Shown: positions 1-12,189 of the stretch, piece after piece
How the letters are laid out: every line of letters starts with the position of its first letter
How positions within the stretch are numbered: the stretch's first letter is position 1
Assembly (NCBI RefSeq): GCF_033153115.1
Contig: NW_026889805.1
Coordinates: forward strand, 15,314,001-15,378,000
Origin: Saccostrea echinata
Taxonomy: Eukaryota
Direction: 5' to 3'
Length of the DNA stretch: 64,000 nt
Translations under genes and position numbers: made by a program
The notes under the pieces: generated by a model
What the model saw: the letters and a program-made list of their open reading frames with translations, nothing else
Told to the model about the DNA's origin: nothing
Database searches by the model: none

Positions 1-769
1 TATTTATTTTTACTAAAATTGAAAAATCAAAATTAAAATCTTGAAAAGAAACTATTTTTTACATTTCAAATTTTATATTTTATATTCTCTATAGCAAAAC
101 TCAATGTACGAATTCTGACTTAAGTCTCAAACTGCTTCCGGATCCTTAAACCAGATCGATGGTTAAAAATTGGGACAGGAAGGAAGCTCTACGTCTGTCG
201 AACCAACCATATAGAGCATTTGCAACCCCCCCCCCCAAACCAAAAAAAAACCGTTTTCCCTAAAAAATGATAAAACTTGTTTTTGCTTCAGAAAGAAATG
301 CATAATTTAGAAGTTGAAAGCATATTTAACAATGTTTGAACATTTGTACATGACTTGAAAGCTTTCGATAAAAATTTCATATCTTTCAGATCTGTTTCCT
401 TATTGCTGTATCCATAATAGTTAAACTCCAATTATTATACAGCAGATTCTAAAGAATATTTATTAGTTATCCTGCTTATAGTCTTTGTAGTTAGGTTTTG
501 CCATGGAAAAAAACGCAGATAATAATAACGATATGTACAAGGTAAAGGAAATTTTATCATATTATGTTTATAACTGAGATTGATTTGAATCTGTGCAAAC
601 GTACAGGCATGATACTGAAATAAAAGTTTTAAATCACTGTATCTTATTTTATCAATTAAAACATTACATTTTGTAGATATATTATCACTTTTGAGATTTG
701 TCAAGATTATCCATTACTACTGAGCACACCCATCCGGTTTTGAAATTTTTAAATCATATTAATAGTTGA

Positions 770-865
770 ATTTCCAGAGGCCTATGCTTTTATGCCCATT
801 TCACAGATTTGTGTTGTTGGAGGTTTTTTGAGATGGTCACTGTTTGTTATTTTCACCTATTTCAT
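770..865 (+). mobile_element. Solo 3'-terminal fragment of the Penelope-like (Naiad-like) family
   Basis: Resembles the 3' tail of the longer copies in this window (ccagaggcc...ttttatgccc...gatggtcactgtttgttattttcacc vs gatcactattcgttatcttcacc at the end of the 1420-2560 copy). Confidence 0.55.
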
Positions 866-1181
866 TGATAAGGATTTTAATTCTTTAAGGATAAGCCTAA
901 AGCATTTCATATAAAGATCATATAATTTTCTCTTTTTCTTAAAATTGTTTAACTTAAAGAAAAATAGCTATACAGGAAACAAATAGAGTCTAACAAGCGT
1001 TATGCATGCATTTATCAGAAGAAAAAAATTGGTAAGACACGTTTTTCCTTAGTATATCTTACCAATGGTTATTCTCTATCATCTTCAAAAACCAATGGCA
1101 ATTTACATAAAATTTTTATTCATTCATGACAGCATGAAGGAAAACATACACTCGGTTTACTTGTTCACTATTTATAGCTTT

Positions 1182-1184
<3 letters not shown>

Positions 1185-1235
<51 letters not shown>
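1185..1235. repeat. (CT)n microsatellite
   Basis: About 25 perfect CT units. Confidence 0.98.
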
Positions 1236-1239
<4 letters not shown>

Positions 1240-1419
1240 CATTTATAGCTATTTTTGTTTTATTCTTTATTATTGTTTATCAGTATTTTCACATTAGAAG
1301 GAAAACAATTGTTGATGAACAATTTATTACAAGCAAAAGATTTTCCATTAGGATTTTTTTTCGTATAAGCAGCTATGGTTAACATTAGCCTAAATACAAG
1401 CATAAAAGTTTCCTGAATG

Positions 1420-2560
1420 AAAAAGGTGAAGATAACGAATAGTGATCGATCAAAAGAAAAAATCCACATACAATACAAATGCTGTGAAGTGGGCATAAAA
1501 CACGGACCCCGAAAATTCCAGAGTTGGAATCAGGTGCCTAGGAGGAATAAGCATTCCCTGTTGACAGATCACACCCGCCATGAGCCCTATGTATTGATCA
1601 GGTAGACGGAATATTCCGTAGTCTAATTCATTAAAAAAAAACAAAGGCCTCATACAATTGGTATGAAACACGTCAGGCAAAATACGACTCACTGATAGGT
1701 TACATCTGCTAACAAGGTCATTATAACGACCATAGAATTTACGAAATGCTGACTTTAAACGAGGTTTTTGAAATTCCCGTAACATCAACTTATCTGTCAG
1801 TAACATGCCTCAGTTTAAAAATTGATCGCACTCGAAGTATGCTCTTAAGTATAGAATAAGATGGAAGATGTAAACACCATATGCAGGTGATAGGTGATGC
1901 AGGTGATACTACATAAATAAACGACAGAAAGGCTGAAGTCCTCTTGCCTGTCATACAATTTACTTATTATAGTCATCTATAGTCAGTAAAACATCCAAAT
2001 ATGCAACAGATGTGGCAGACTCTGTGGTGTCTTTTATTTCAAGTTCGCTGGGATATATCGAGTTGACATATGACTGGAAGTCGACGTATGACTGTTAATT
2101 GATAATACGTCGTCGATATATCTAAATGTCGAGTTGAAAGCCACAGCAAGTGGGGTTTTTTTCTCAAGCTTTCAAATATATTCTGCGTTATAGTAATATA
2201 AAAACAGATCGGCTAATAAAAGAGCACAATTAATGCCTATCGAATTTCCAACAGTTTGTTGGAAGACTCCAAAAATGTTGTCAATGAGGAACTCCAGCAT
2301 CCTTTTAATATCAACCTCAGAGTACTTGTGTGTAGAATCAGAGTGATATTTAACAAATTTTTTGATGACTAATCTAAGAAAATTTCCGACTTCCATTTTT
2401 ATCGAAGAAGCAGTTGTCTATGATATCAAAAAGCCTTATTTTTAACTTATCGTAAGAATGATTGTAAAAGTGTAGAAAAGTCGTACGTTTTGATGTTACT
2501 GACTTTTGAATAATTTAGCGATTTTAAATTTTTTGAAAAGTTCTTTGGAGTTTTTGAAAA
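1420..2560 (-). mobile_element. Degenerate, 5'-truncated Penelope-like retroelement (probably Naiad clade), copy 1
   Basis: Frameshifted RT pieces: KTYDFSTL, MLEFLIDNIF..FQQTVG..IGINCALLLADLFLY, FRYIDD, and C-terminal RLKSAFRKFYGRYNDLV, followed by the conserved 3' element. No GIY-YIG domain follows the RT, which fits N-terminal-endonuclease (Naiad-type) or EN-less PLEs. The clade assignment is an inference. Confidence 0.8.
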
Positions 2561-3334
2561 CCGATTAATGATTGATTACTACTGTAACAATAATCTGATG
2601 TATATATTCAAAGACATATCTAAAAATAAAAATAATAAAAAATGAATTGACAGGTTAGATTGAGCCAAACATTTGGACGTAAACATTTGACGTTTTACTA
2701 ACCAGTCCAAATTTCACACATCTGAGATAATTTAAAAATTAAATATAAACAATCAAAAAGACGGAAAGATGGGGAGTAAAACGAGACCACCTATTCAAAG
2801 AGAAACAGCGTTCACAAAATTCCACAGATCAAAACCCAAAATAAATTCTGGGAAATAGACTATCAAATTGTGCAACAAATATCAGAATATTTTGATCAAC
2901 ATATAAAATAAATTTTGAAAAAAATATTTTGTTCAGCCTCTGCTGGTTGTATATAAAGTTGATAAATTGTGTACAAATTAGATGCCGGAAAATAAGTTTT
3001 AATCAAAGTTTTGGTATTTGCAGATAAAACAATACATTAATCAATAGTGACTATCGGGTGTCAAAGTTGCAAACTTTCTATAATGAGATTAATTCATTTC
3101 TTTTGAGAAAATCCATCAGCTTAGAAATGGTAAATTTTAAGAAGATAAAATATTGTCATGATTTACAATGGCTTCGATACAAGTACTTTTAATAATAGAA
3201 ATGATAATGATTCCAAAGTACCCATAAACATTTCTTATCAAATCAGAAAATATATCTCTTTTCCATAATTTTTCCACTTTGAATTGAAGACGTGATATAT
3301 TTTTCTTTTAAAAAAAAAAGTCTACACAAACAAA

Positions 3335-4775
3335 GGTGCATAATGGGTTCTAGTAAATGTTCTACCAAGTCTCTACCATTACTCCTCACCAAAACATTAA
3401 CAGTAGTGAAGGAGGAACATCAGGAGTAATATACAACAAAATATTCGAGAAATGGTATTAATCAAATGTGGATACTTAAACGCCAAGGAACTTTTAGAAA
3501 CTTTGAAATCACAAATTTTTAACAAAATCAATAGCATAACTTTTCAACTCTTCATGCTGCGATTTCCCAAGATGAAATTAAAGACCGCTTCTTGACATAA
3601 TAGAAAACTGCTTCTCTAATACATATGGAACTCGTAAATTTGCATACCTTGTCATTGGTCATCTGCAAACTTATTTTTAAAAAAACATTCTGATTCTACA
3701 CACAAGTACTCCGAGGCTGATATTAAAAAGATGTTTAAGTTTCTATTTGACAATATCTATGTAGATTTTAAAGACCAGTATCCCTTTTCACAAAAAAATC
3801 TTACGACCAAGATTCAAATTTTCCAATTCTTATATATGTACGTAAATTCTAGTAGGTTACAAAAATCTTTTATTTCTATTACAGTATATTGTGATTTATT
3901 CTTTTGAAATATTAATTTTCTTTACTGAACAAAGAAATTACAGAGTTGTCAAATTTCAATCTTAGTCGTTAGAATTTTTTGTGAAAAAGGCTACAGCCTG
4001 TCTTGCAACACGCTGTTGGAATTACCATGGGTAGTTATTGTGTCCGTTATTAGCAGAACTATTTATGTATTCTTATGAAGTAGAATTAATTTAAAAACTT
4101 CTACATGAAAAGAAGAAGTCCCTTGCTGTTGCATTCAATTGGACGTTTAAATATATCAATGACGTCTTATCAAATTAATTAGCACTATTATTTTCACTCT
4201 TTTGTCATCACTTTGATTTGATGTATCCCATTGAACTCGAAATACATGTAAAAGACACCACATAGTCTGACACATCTACTTCGTATTGGAGATTTTACTA
4301 GAGAAAGACATTGGTGGAGAACTAACATCTAGACTTTATAATAAAGGTGATGACTTCAACTTTTTCAATCGTCAACTTCCCTTATTATTGTATGTAGCAA
4401 TTTCTAAAGCGAGGCATACTATTAAAAATAAGTTGATTATATCAATATTCTCATTTATTGTCAACATTTCGCATATTCCATGGTCGATACAATGACCTTG
4501 TTAGCAAATACAAGTCATTCGTTTGGTCGAATGTTGACTGACATCTTTCATGCAAATTGCTCGCTCATTTTTTTTTTCACACTGAATCTGCAAAATTTTC
4601 CGTTTACCCGATCATGACAAAGTGCATACGGTGGATATGACTGGTTTACAGGGAAACTTACTTCTCCATGGCACCTGATCCCACCTCTGTTTTCAGAGGT
4701 CCGTGTTGGCTCTGCTAACAATTTCTATTGTTTCAATGGACTTTTGATCACTGTTCTTATCTTCAAAAGTTTGTA
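3335..4775 (+). mobile_element. Degenerate Penelope-like retroelement, copy 2 (inverted relative to copy 1)
   Basis: GSSKCSTKSL..LLTK, YSRNGINQMWILK, DSTHKYSEADIKKM, VGITMG, FKYINDVL, LTSRLYNKGDDFNF remnants with stops and frameshifts, plus the same 3' element at 4620-4712. Confidence 0.8.
3779..3993. mobile_element. MITE inserted in PLE copy 2
   Basis: Imperfect ~45-bp TIRs (tatcccttttcacaaaaaaatcttacgac / gtcgttagaattttttgtgaaaaaggcta) with a possible 3-bp CAG duplication. It interrupts the RT just before the VGITMG motif. Confidence 0.7.
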
Positions 4776-5511
4776 TGTCATATCATTTTTCCGAAATTTC
4801 AAAAATTGTGGAAGGCCTCCGCCTATTATTACCGAAATGTGATCATCAGATCTATCAATTCTACAATAAGATTATTGTTATCATAAGCATAACTCATTGA
4901 ACTAAGAATCTGAATAAAAGTTCTTATTGAGTGCATACTTGACTTGACGTCGACAAACTCCGGTTGTATCTTTTCGCACACCAGTTTAGATGTCACATCT
5001 CCGAGATCAAAGATCTCATTGTATATCGATATTTGTTTTAGAACTTTCTATCTCTCTCTGTCTGTCTCTTTGTTTGTCCAAATAAACCTTAATCATCATA
5101 TTTGAACTTGACACAAAGAAAGTTTATGATTATTTCCTTACTGGGAGTCATCTGAACAAAGTCAGAGAGATTGGAAGTTTAAAATTCTAGTTACAACTAC
5201 TGAATTGATATTCGTTTCAATTTTATGCATGTACTCGGCAAAAAGATAGGACAAATCATGAATAAGAGGTGGTAACTATCTGATCCAATTGTAAGAGGTA
5301 TAATATGTATGCTGTTTTGGATCTCGTAACCAGCCTCTATAACCAGGCAGAGCGCATGCGTGAAATAAATTTCCATCGAGATCGGAAAACAGCAGAGAGG
5401 AAATTCGGAATATATAATGGAAACTAGTAATGCGGAATGATACTATAGTCAGATGCAGAAATTTTTGCATAATTCGATCAACTTTTATTTAAAAAAAGCA
5501 GAAGAATAAAT

Positions 5512-5664
5512 NNNNNNNNNNNNNNNNNNNNNNNNNNNNNNNNNNNNNNNNNNNNNNNNNNNNNNNNNNNNNNNNNNNNNNNNNNNNNNNNNNNNNNNNN
5601 NNNNNNNNNNNNNNNNNNNNNNNNNNNNNNNNNNNNNNNNNNNNNNNNNNNNNNNNNNNNNNNN
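5512..5664. other. Assembly gap (153 N)
   Basis: Run of N; the corresponding stretch is present in the right arm (~15779-15881). Confidence 0.99.
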
Positions 5665-5920
5665 AAGTAACTGATTAATTTATTAAAAAATATATATATT
5701 TGTATTTTTTTTTTTTTGAATTCATTTATAACATTCTTTCCTTCATTTATTAATTATTCCATCCTTTAATTATTTATCTATTAATTAATTCATTGATTTA
5801 TTAATTTGTATGCATGTTTGTTTATTTATTTATTTATTTATTATTCTAATAATTAAGTAATTGATTAATTCATTAAGAAGTTCATTTATTTGTTTATTTA
5901 TTTATTATATTCATTCCTTC

Positions 5921-6082
5921 NNNNNNNNNNNNNNNNNNNNNNNNNNNNNNNNNNNNNNNNNNNNNNNNNNNNNNNNNNNNNNNNNNNNNNNNNNNNNNNN
6001 NNNNNNNNNNNNNNNNNNNNNNNNNNNNNNNNNNNNNNNNNNNNNNNNNNNNNNNNNNNNNNNNNNNNNNNNNNNNNNNNNN
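5921..6082. other. Assembly gap (162 N)
   Basis: Run of N; the corresponding stretch is present in the right arm (~15424-15527). Confidence 0.99.
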
Positions 6083-6159
6083 ATTGATTTATTTTTGCAT
6101 TTATTTATTGATTTATTTATGCATTTATCATATATTTCTTTTATCAATTAATTATTTTT

Positions 6160-7580
6160 ACAGGGTTTGTATACTGATTACCAGGGTCTGTTTATGTATT
6201 GCCATAGTTTGTTTACCATTACCAGGGTCTATATACCTATCACCAGGGTCTGTATACCTATCACCAGATTCTGTATACCTATCACCAGGGTCTGTATACC
6301 CATCACCAGGGTCTGTATACCCATCACCAGGGTCTATATACCCATCACCAGGGTCTGTATACCCATCACCAGGGTCCGTTTTATCTATCACCAGGGTCTG
6401 TATACCTATCACCAGGGTCTGTATACCCATCACCAGGGTCTGTATACTTATCACCAGGGTCTATGTACCTATCACCAGGGTCTATATACCCATCACCAGG
6501 GTCTGTATACCCATCACCAGGGTCTGTATACCCATTACCAGGGTCTATAAACCTATCACCAGGGTCTATATACCCATCACCAGGGATTGTATACCCATCA
6601 CCAGGGTCTGTATACCTATCACCAGGGTCTCTTTACTTATCACCAGGGTCTGTATACCTATCACCAGATTCTGTATACCTATCAACAGGGTCTGTATACC
6701 CATCACCAGGGTCTGTATACCCATCACCAGGGTCTATATACCCATCACCAGGGTCTGTATACCCATCACCAGGGTCTGTGGACTTATAACCAGGGTCTAT
6801 GTACCTATCACCAGGGTCTATATACCCATCACCAGGGTCTGTATACCCATCACCAGGGTCTGTATACTCATCACCAGGGTCTATAAACCTATCACCAGAT
6901 TCTGTATACCTATCACCAGGGTCTGTATACCCATCACCAGTGTCTGTATTATCTATCACCAGGGTCTGTATACCCATCACAAGGGTCTGTATACTCATCA
7001 CCAGGGTCTGTATACCTATCACCAGAGTCTATATACCCATCACCAAGGTCTGTATTATCTATCACCAAGGTCTGTATACCCATCACCAGGGTCTGTATAC
7101 CCATCAACAGGGGCTGTATTCCCATCACCAGGGTCTGTATACCCATCACCAGGGTCTGTATACTTATCACCAGGGTCTGTATACCCATCACCAGGGTCTG
7201 TATACCCATCACCAGGATCTGTATATCTATCACCAGGGTCTGTATACCCATCACCAGGGTCTGTATACCCATCACCAGGGTTTGGGTATCTATGAACAGG
7301 GTCTAAATCTGTAAATCTATGTCAAGGGTGTGTATTATCTGTCATTAGGGTCTGTATGTACCCATCACCAGGGTGTGTATATCTATCACCAGAGACTGTG
7401 GACCTATTACCAGGGTCCGTATATCTATTACTAGCGTCTGTATTTCTATAACCAAGGTCGGTATTATCTATTAAAAGGGTCTGTATACTTATCACCAGGG
7501 TCTATATTATCTACCACTAGGGTCTCTATTATCTATCACTATAGCTGTACATCTATCACCAGGGTCTGTATACCCATCAC
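6160..7580 (+). repeat. 21-bp tandem repeat (ATCACCAGGGTCTGTATACCY), left arm of foldback
   Basis: Roughly 65 units, with 23-bp variants (...CTGTATTATCT...); degenerate after ~7280. Confidence 0.97.
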
Positions 7581-8700
7581 CTGTTTGTCTGTCCGCAAAA
7601 ACGTGCCCATTACTTTTGATTGGTTGGACCTATGGCTTTCATATTTCACATGTGCATTCCTTGTGATAAGGCCTTTGTTTGGGTTCTAACATATTTGACT
7701 TTTTTGACCTTGATCTTTGAGTTTTTCCCACTTTTTCAAGAATTTACCAAACTTTAACCTTGGCTTTAACTTTTCAACAGTTGGTGCAAGGGCTTTCATA
7801 CTTTATACTAGTATGTGTATTCATAGTAGCAAGACCTTTGAACGGATATTAAAAATATTGATCTTGACCTTTGAGTTTTACCAACTTTTAAAAATTCTAA
7901 CCTTGAGAAATTAGTATCAGGGCTATTATTTTCCACATGTGTATTCCTTGTGACAAATCCTTTCTTTGGGTTCCGACATATTTGAAACTTTGACCTTTAT
8001 CTTGGAATAAGACATACTTTTGAAAAACTTTAATCTTGGCCATATATTTTGAACAGTTGGTGCTAATTCTTTAATGTTTTACATGTGTATTTCTTATGAC
8101 AAAGCCTTACCCTGGGTACCTTTAATTTGACCCTTTGACCTTGACCTTGCAGTTTGACCCACATTTAAAAAACTTTAACCTGAACTAAACCTTTTGAATG
8201 GTTAGTGCCTGGAATTTCTTATTTCTCAGATATATTCACTGAGAGTCCTTTCTTTGGGTAACAACATTTTTCAGCTATTAAGGACATACGCAACGTAGTT
8301 TGAACTTTATTGTCTTTTTCCCTGGAGTTGAAGATTTCCAATGCTTAAAGGAACTGTGTGCTACATTTTAATGTCTATATATGCTGTTCTAAAACAAATT
8401 TGGATAAACAAAACATCTAGAATATATGTTTAATAATTTTTGTATATTTTTCTTTGAATTATACAAGACTTTTCATCAATTGATATCTTTTCAAAACCCC
8501 TGGTAATGCATGCTGATTTTTTGTCTACGAACATCTGATGGCACTATAATCTTAAATTAAGAATATCTTGAAAAATTATCAGTAGGTAAGGTACGTTGCG
8601 TATGTCCTTAATATTTGAGTTTGAGTTGCATTTGAGAAACTTTAACCATTGTCAAAAGCTGCCATACAGGGACATCAGTGTTTCACAAACACATTTTGTT
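7581..8700 (+). mobile_element. Helentron-associated non-autonomous element (HINE-like) with ~166-bp satellite-like units, 5'-truncated
   Basis: Starts at a GTCT/GTCC microsatellite, has repeated gaccttgacc / tttcacatgtgtattccttgtgaca units, and ends in sub-TIR gggacat plus palindrome gtgtttcacaaacac followed by ttgtt. Confidence 0.75.
8282..8607. mobile_element. TTAA-targeting MITE (Kolobok-like)
   Basis: Perfect 16-bp TIR GGACATACGCAACGTA / TACGTTGCGTATGTCC, with TTAA at 8278-8281 and 8608-8611. A second partial copy lies at 33264-33395. Confidence 0.85.
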
Positions 8701-9502
8701 TTAATTTGAAATACCAAACAAAATTAAATTGAAATATTCGATAATAACCATTATAGTTTTTAGATAATTTTGTTCACTAAAGAAGAGAAAGTCCTTTGCT
8801 GTAAAGTGAGGTTTATTTGTACGTTTATTTGTTCACTAATTTGTTTATTTATTTTTGGCCTGAAATGACCATGTTATAGACCGTTCGAGAAATTAATACG
8901 ATATGTTCTTTGACATCAAACATATCAAACTTTCATGCATACTTAGCTTTGAAGTCTACATTTGGACTTTGCGACTTTGTAAAAATATTTTTTTAATGTA
9001 CGCCTGCACTGAAAATTTGAGTTTAAATTTCAATTTAAATTTAAGGAGGTATAACCTATCGATTACATGAATTTTTATTGGGGGAAGTGGGTTAAAGTCA
9101 CTATTTATAACAAAGTGTTGTCAGTCTAACTATCATGATAAATAAAGAAGGATGGCTAAATAATTGTCTGGAATGTGTTGCTTGGAATTTATTTCAAGGC
9201 CTAAACATGTAAATCAAGGTGTAGGGAAAGGTCGACCAATAATAACGACCTCACTATAGATTTTCAAGGCACCTAAATACTACAGATTTTATTTATTTCA
9301 TTTGTATTTACAATTCATCAAATTATAATTTCAGATTAACAATTTGTTATTACAATTTTTTATCTTTTATAAAACAAGTTAACATTTTATAATTGCAAAT
9401 TATTTGATTTGTTGTATAAATATTTTCCTTCCTACTGAGTTTATGTTAAAGTATGAATTTGAATTCCCCCAATACTGATGTACAAAAATCACCGTTACGG
9501 AA

Positions 9503-10055
9503 AACAAGATGTGTTTGTGAAACACTGATGCCCCCGTATGGCAACTTACAGCAAAGGTTAAACTTTCTCAAACGCAAATCAAATATGTTGGTACCCAAAG
9601 TAAGGTCTTGTCCCGAGGAATAAACCTGTGAAATATGAAAGCCCCGGTAGCAACGATTGAATAGATATGGATAAGGTTATTTTTTTTTCAAAAGTATGTC
9701 AAAAATCAAGGTCAAGGTCAAATGGTCAAAATTAATGGTGCCCAAGGAAAGGCCTTCTCCCAAGAAATACACCTGTGAATTATGAAAGCCAAAGCACCGA
9801 CCTTTCAAAAGTTATGACCAAGGTTAAAGTTTGATAAAATTTTGCAAAACTGGGTCAAACTCCAAGGTCAAGGTCAAATATGGTGGTACCCAGAGAAAGG
9901 TCTTGTCACAAGGAATACACATGTAAAATATGAAAGTCATAGCTCCAACCAATCAAAAGTTATGGGCAAGGTTAAAGTTTTTGCGGACAAACAGACAGAC
10001 GGACGGACAGGGCAAAACTACATACCCCCGAATCTTCGATACAGGGGCATAAAAA
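9503..10055 (-). mobile_element. Complete HINE-like (Helentron-associated) element, same family as 7581-8700
   Basis: On the minus strand: TTTTTATGCCCC...GGGGGTATG 5' sub-TIR and inverted repeat, (GTCC/GTCT)n microsatellite, ~166-bp units with caaggtcaaggtcaa, then GGGGGCAT sub-TIR, gtgtttcacaaacac palindrome and ATCTTGTT end. Confidence 0.85.
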
Positions 10056-12189
10056 TGCGAATAAAGCGTTCGATTAATTTATCTTATCCAATAAATTAAA
10101 GAATTGAGAACACTTAAACTGGTTGCAAATTGTACATCTAGTAGGAAAATTCTATGAAATATTTTGTTTATAAAACAAGTAGAATCAACAGTTAACACAT
10201 TAATCAAAGATTGTGTTTGCCTGCACATGATTAGAAAAACTGACTTTCTATGAAATTGCCCAAAAATGTACGATACATGGGAGAATTATTTGAAATCGCA
10301 AAGATATAGTCAGATAAGAAACAAACACACTCAATTTTGTAATTCATATTCGATTATCTTGTGATTTATTTTTGAAATTGTGTATACTTCATAATTATAT
10401 TTAAAAAATCCCTGTGATTCATATTTAATTATGCGAAAAGTTCATATTCGAAATCTTGTTACTGTGTATTTTTAGGGATGTCAAAATATTTATTTTCCTT
10501 AGTCGACTATTCGATAACATTATTCGAACGATAGTCGAATATTCGGAACATTTTCCTAAAATAAAATTTTAATATTTCAAACCTCACTTGTAAATGCAGG
10601 AGGTATTTATAACCAAAAAAAAAAACCTTTTTACCTCATATATACAAAAAAGTAACATCAATTGCCTCTGTTGCACATAGATGTTTGCAGGCACCTAACG
10701 TGTGGGCAGTGTGTTTATATGAAATAATTTTAGACCGTAAATTATTCATATATCAGTTTTTATTTTAGCAAGCATAAAAAAATTGCCAGCATGATATTTT
10801 AAAGTTTACAAAAATAAATGGAGGGGTGGGATGGGGGGGGGGGTGTTAATACACTATCTACGCCTTACTCTTTGAATATATGTATTGCTAATAAAATTAA
10901 TTTGGAAAGATATACATATCAATACTTCAAATAAAACGTTTTATCATAATTATCATTTTATCTTTCATGGAATTTTATTCAATTATTCTCCATTGCTAAA
11001 GCAAATACGCCGGGACAGTCTATGTGTTTGTTCATCACAAAAAATTGAACATTGGTCATAATTTTTTGTTTAGTTTATCAATTTCAAGAAATATTCATCT
11101 AATAGAAAATATATAATAATTTTGAGAAGATCGGACTCTCATATTCCACATATGAATTACGAATTACAAAATCTTTCTGAATTTATTTTTTTTTATCTTA
11201 TGACCTTGTCAGTGAAAGTTGATATACTTATAAAAAAAAAATAACCCTGACCTAAGCTTAGTATGGAATGAGCTATATGTTTTCATAATTGACCTGTGCA
11301 ATACCCGTGACAAAACTATAACAAGTCACTGGAATGTATATAGCCTAAGATCTTTGACCTTGGCATTTGACTTTCTTTTTACAAAACTTTTAATCCTGGC
11401 CAAAGCTTTGCACCTGATGAGACAGGACTTTAATATTTTCTTGTACATGAACATAGCTGTAACAAGACCTTCCAAATATACTTTGATTTTTAACCTCATA
11501 AACTTGACATTGAAGTTTGATCGACTTTCAAATCATAACTCGATCCTTGGTCCTAAGCTTTTAAACAGAACATCCCACTTTAAAAATATATAATAATTTT
11601 AAATATGATGAGCCGCCACGAAAGTCACAATATGCCATAGACGATTGCATCCCAACCAAAAAGGAAAAATAAACCAACAAAAAACGATTAAAGACATTCC
11701 ATATCATCATGAACATAGAAGAAATTTGAACTTTGTGTTGGTTGCTCTTCTTTTATGATAATTTTTACCATTTCACACTTTATTGATTAATTATGTAGAT
11801 ATGTATATCTTCACATTTTCTCTGGAACAAGTAAACAACATAATGGAATTTTTAGATTTCTCTCGATTTATGCAATAGAGGAATCAGGATACATTGGCAT
11901 TTACAATGTAAAGATAGTTCCACACAAATATAAATCTTTGTCCATTGTTATAAGTTTCTATAGTCTTTGCTTCCTCCTTGACAGGCTTACACTACAAAAT
12001 AAAAAGTAAATAAGATCAATATAACATTAGAGTCAAGGCATCTTAATCACAATAAAATCATTATAGTTCATTAAACAACTCATACGTTCTCCACAAGATG
12101 TTACGTTTATGAATACACCCTAAAAAGTAATTGGATTCATTTTCATAATGCAAACTATGTTGAAGATCACCCTACTAAAAAGATGGGAA

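Noticed and set aside
1420-2560. Selenocysteine recoding, as reported for some Naiad elements
   Set aside because: The copies are too degraded (mixed stops and frameshifts) to distinguish programmed UGA from decay, and no SECIS could be supported.
5276-5470. Duplicated small ORF MQKFLHLTIV... (also 15923-16105)
   Set aside because: It is simply the two copies of the terminal inverted repeat; the ORFs run out into different flanks and show no recognisable domain.
6160-7580. Regular repeats superficially like a CRISPR array (also 21291-21737, 31068-31478, 51722-52040)
   Set aside because: Head-to-tail units with no unique spacers, no cas genes, and a eukaryotic context.
11780-12005. Possible terminal exon on the minus strand inside the foldback spacer (acceptor ttttgtag, downstream AATAAA)
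   Set aside because: Only ~35 codons, with no recognisable homology and no upstream exon found.
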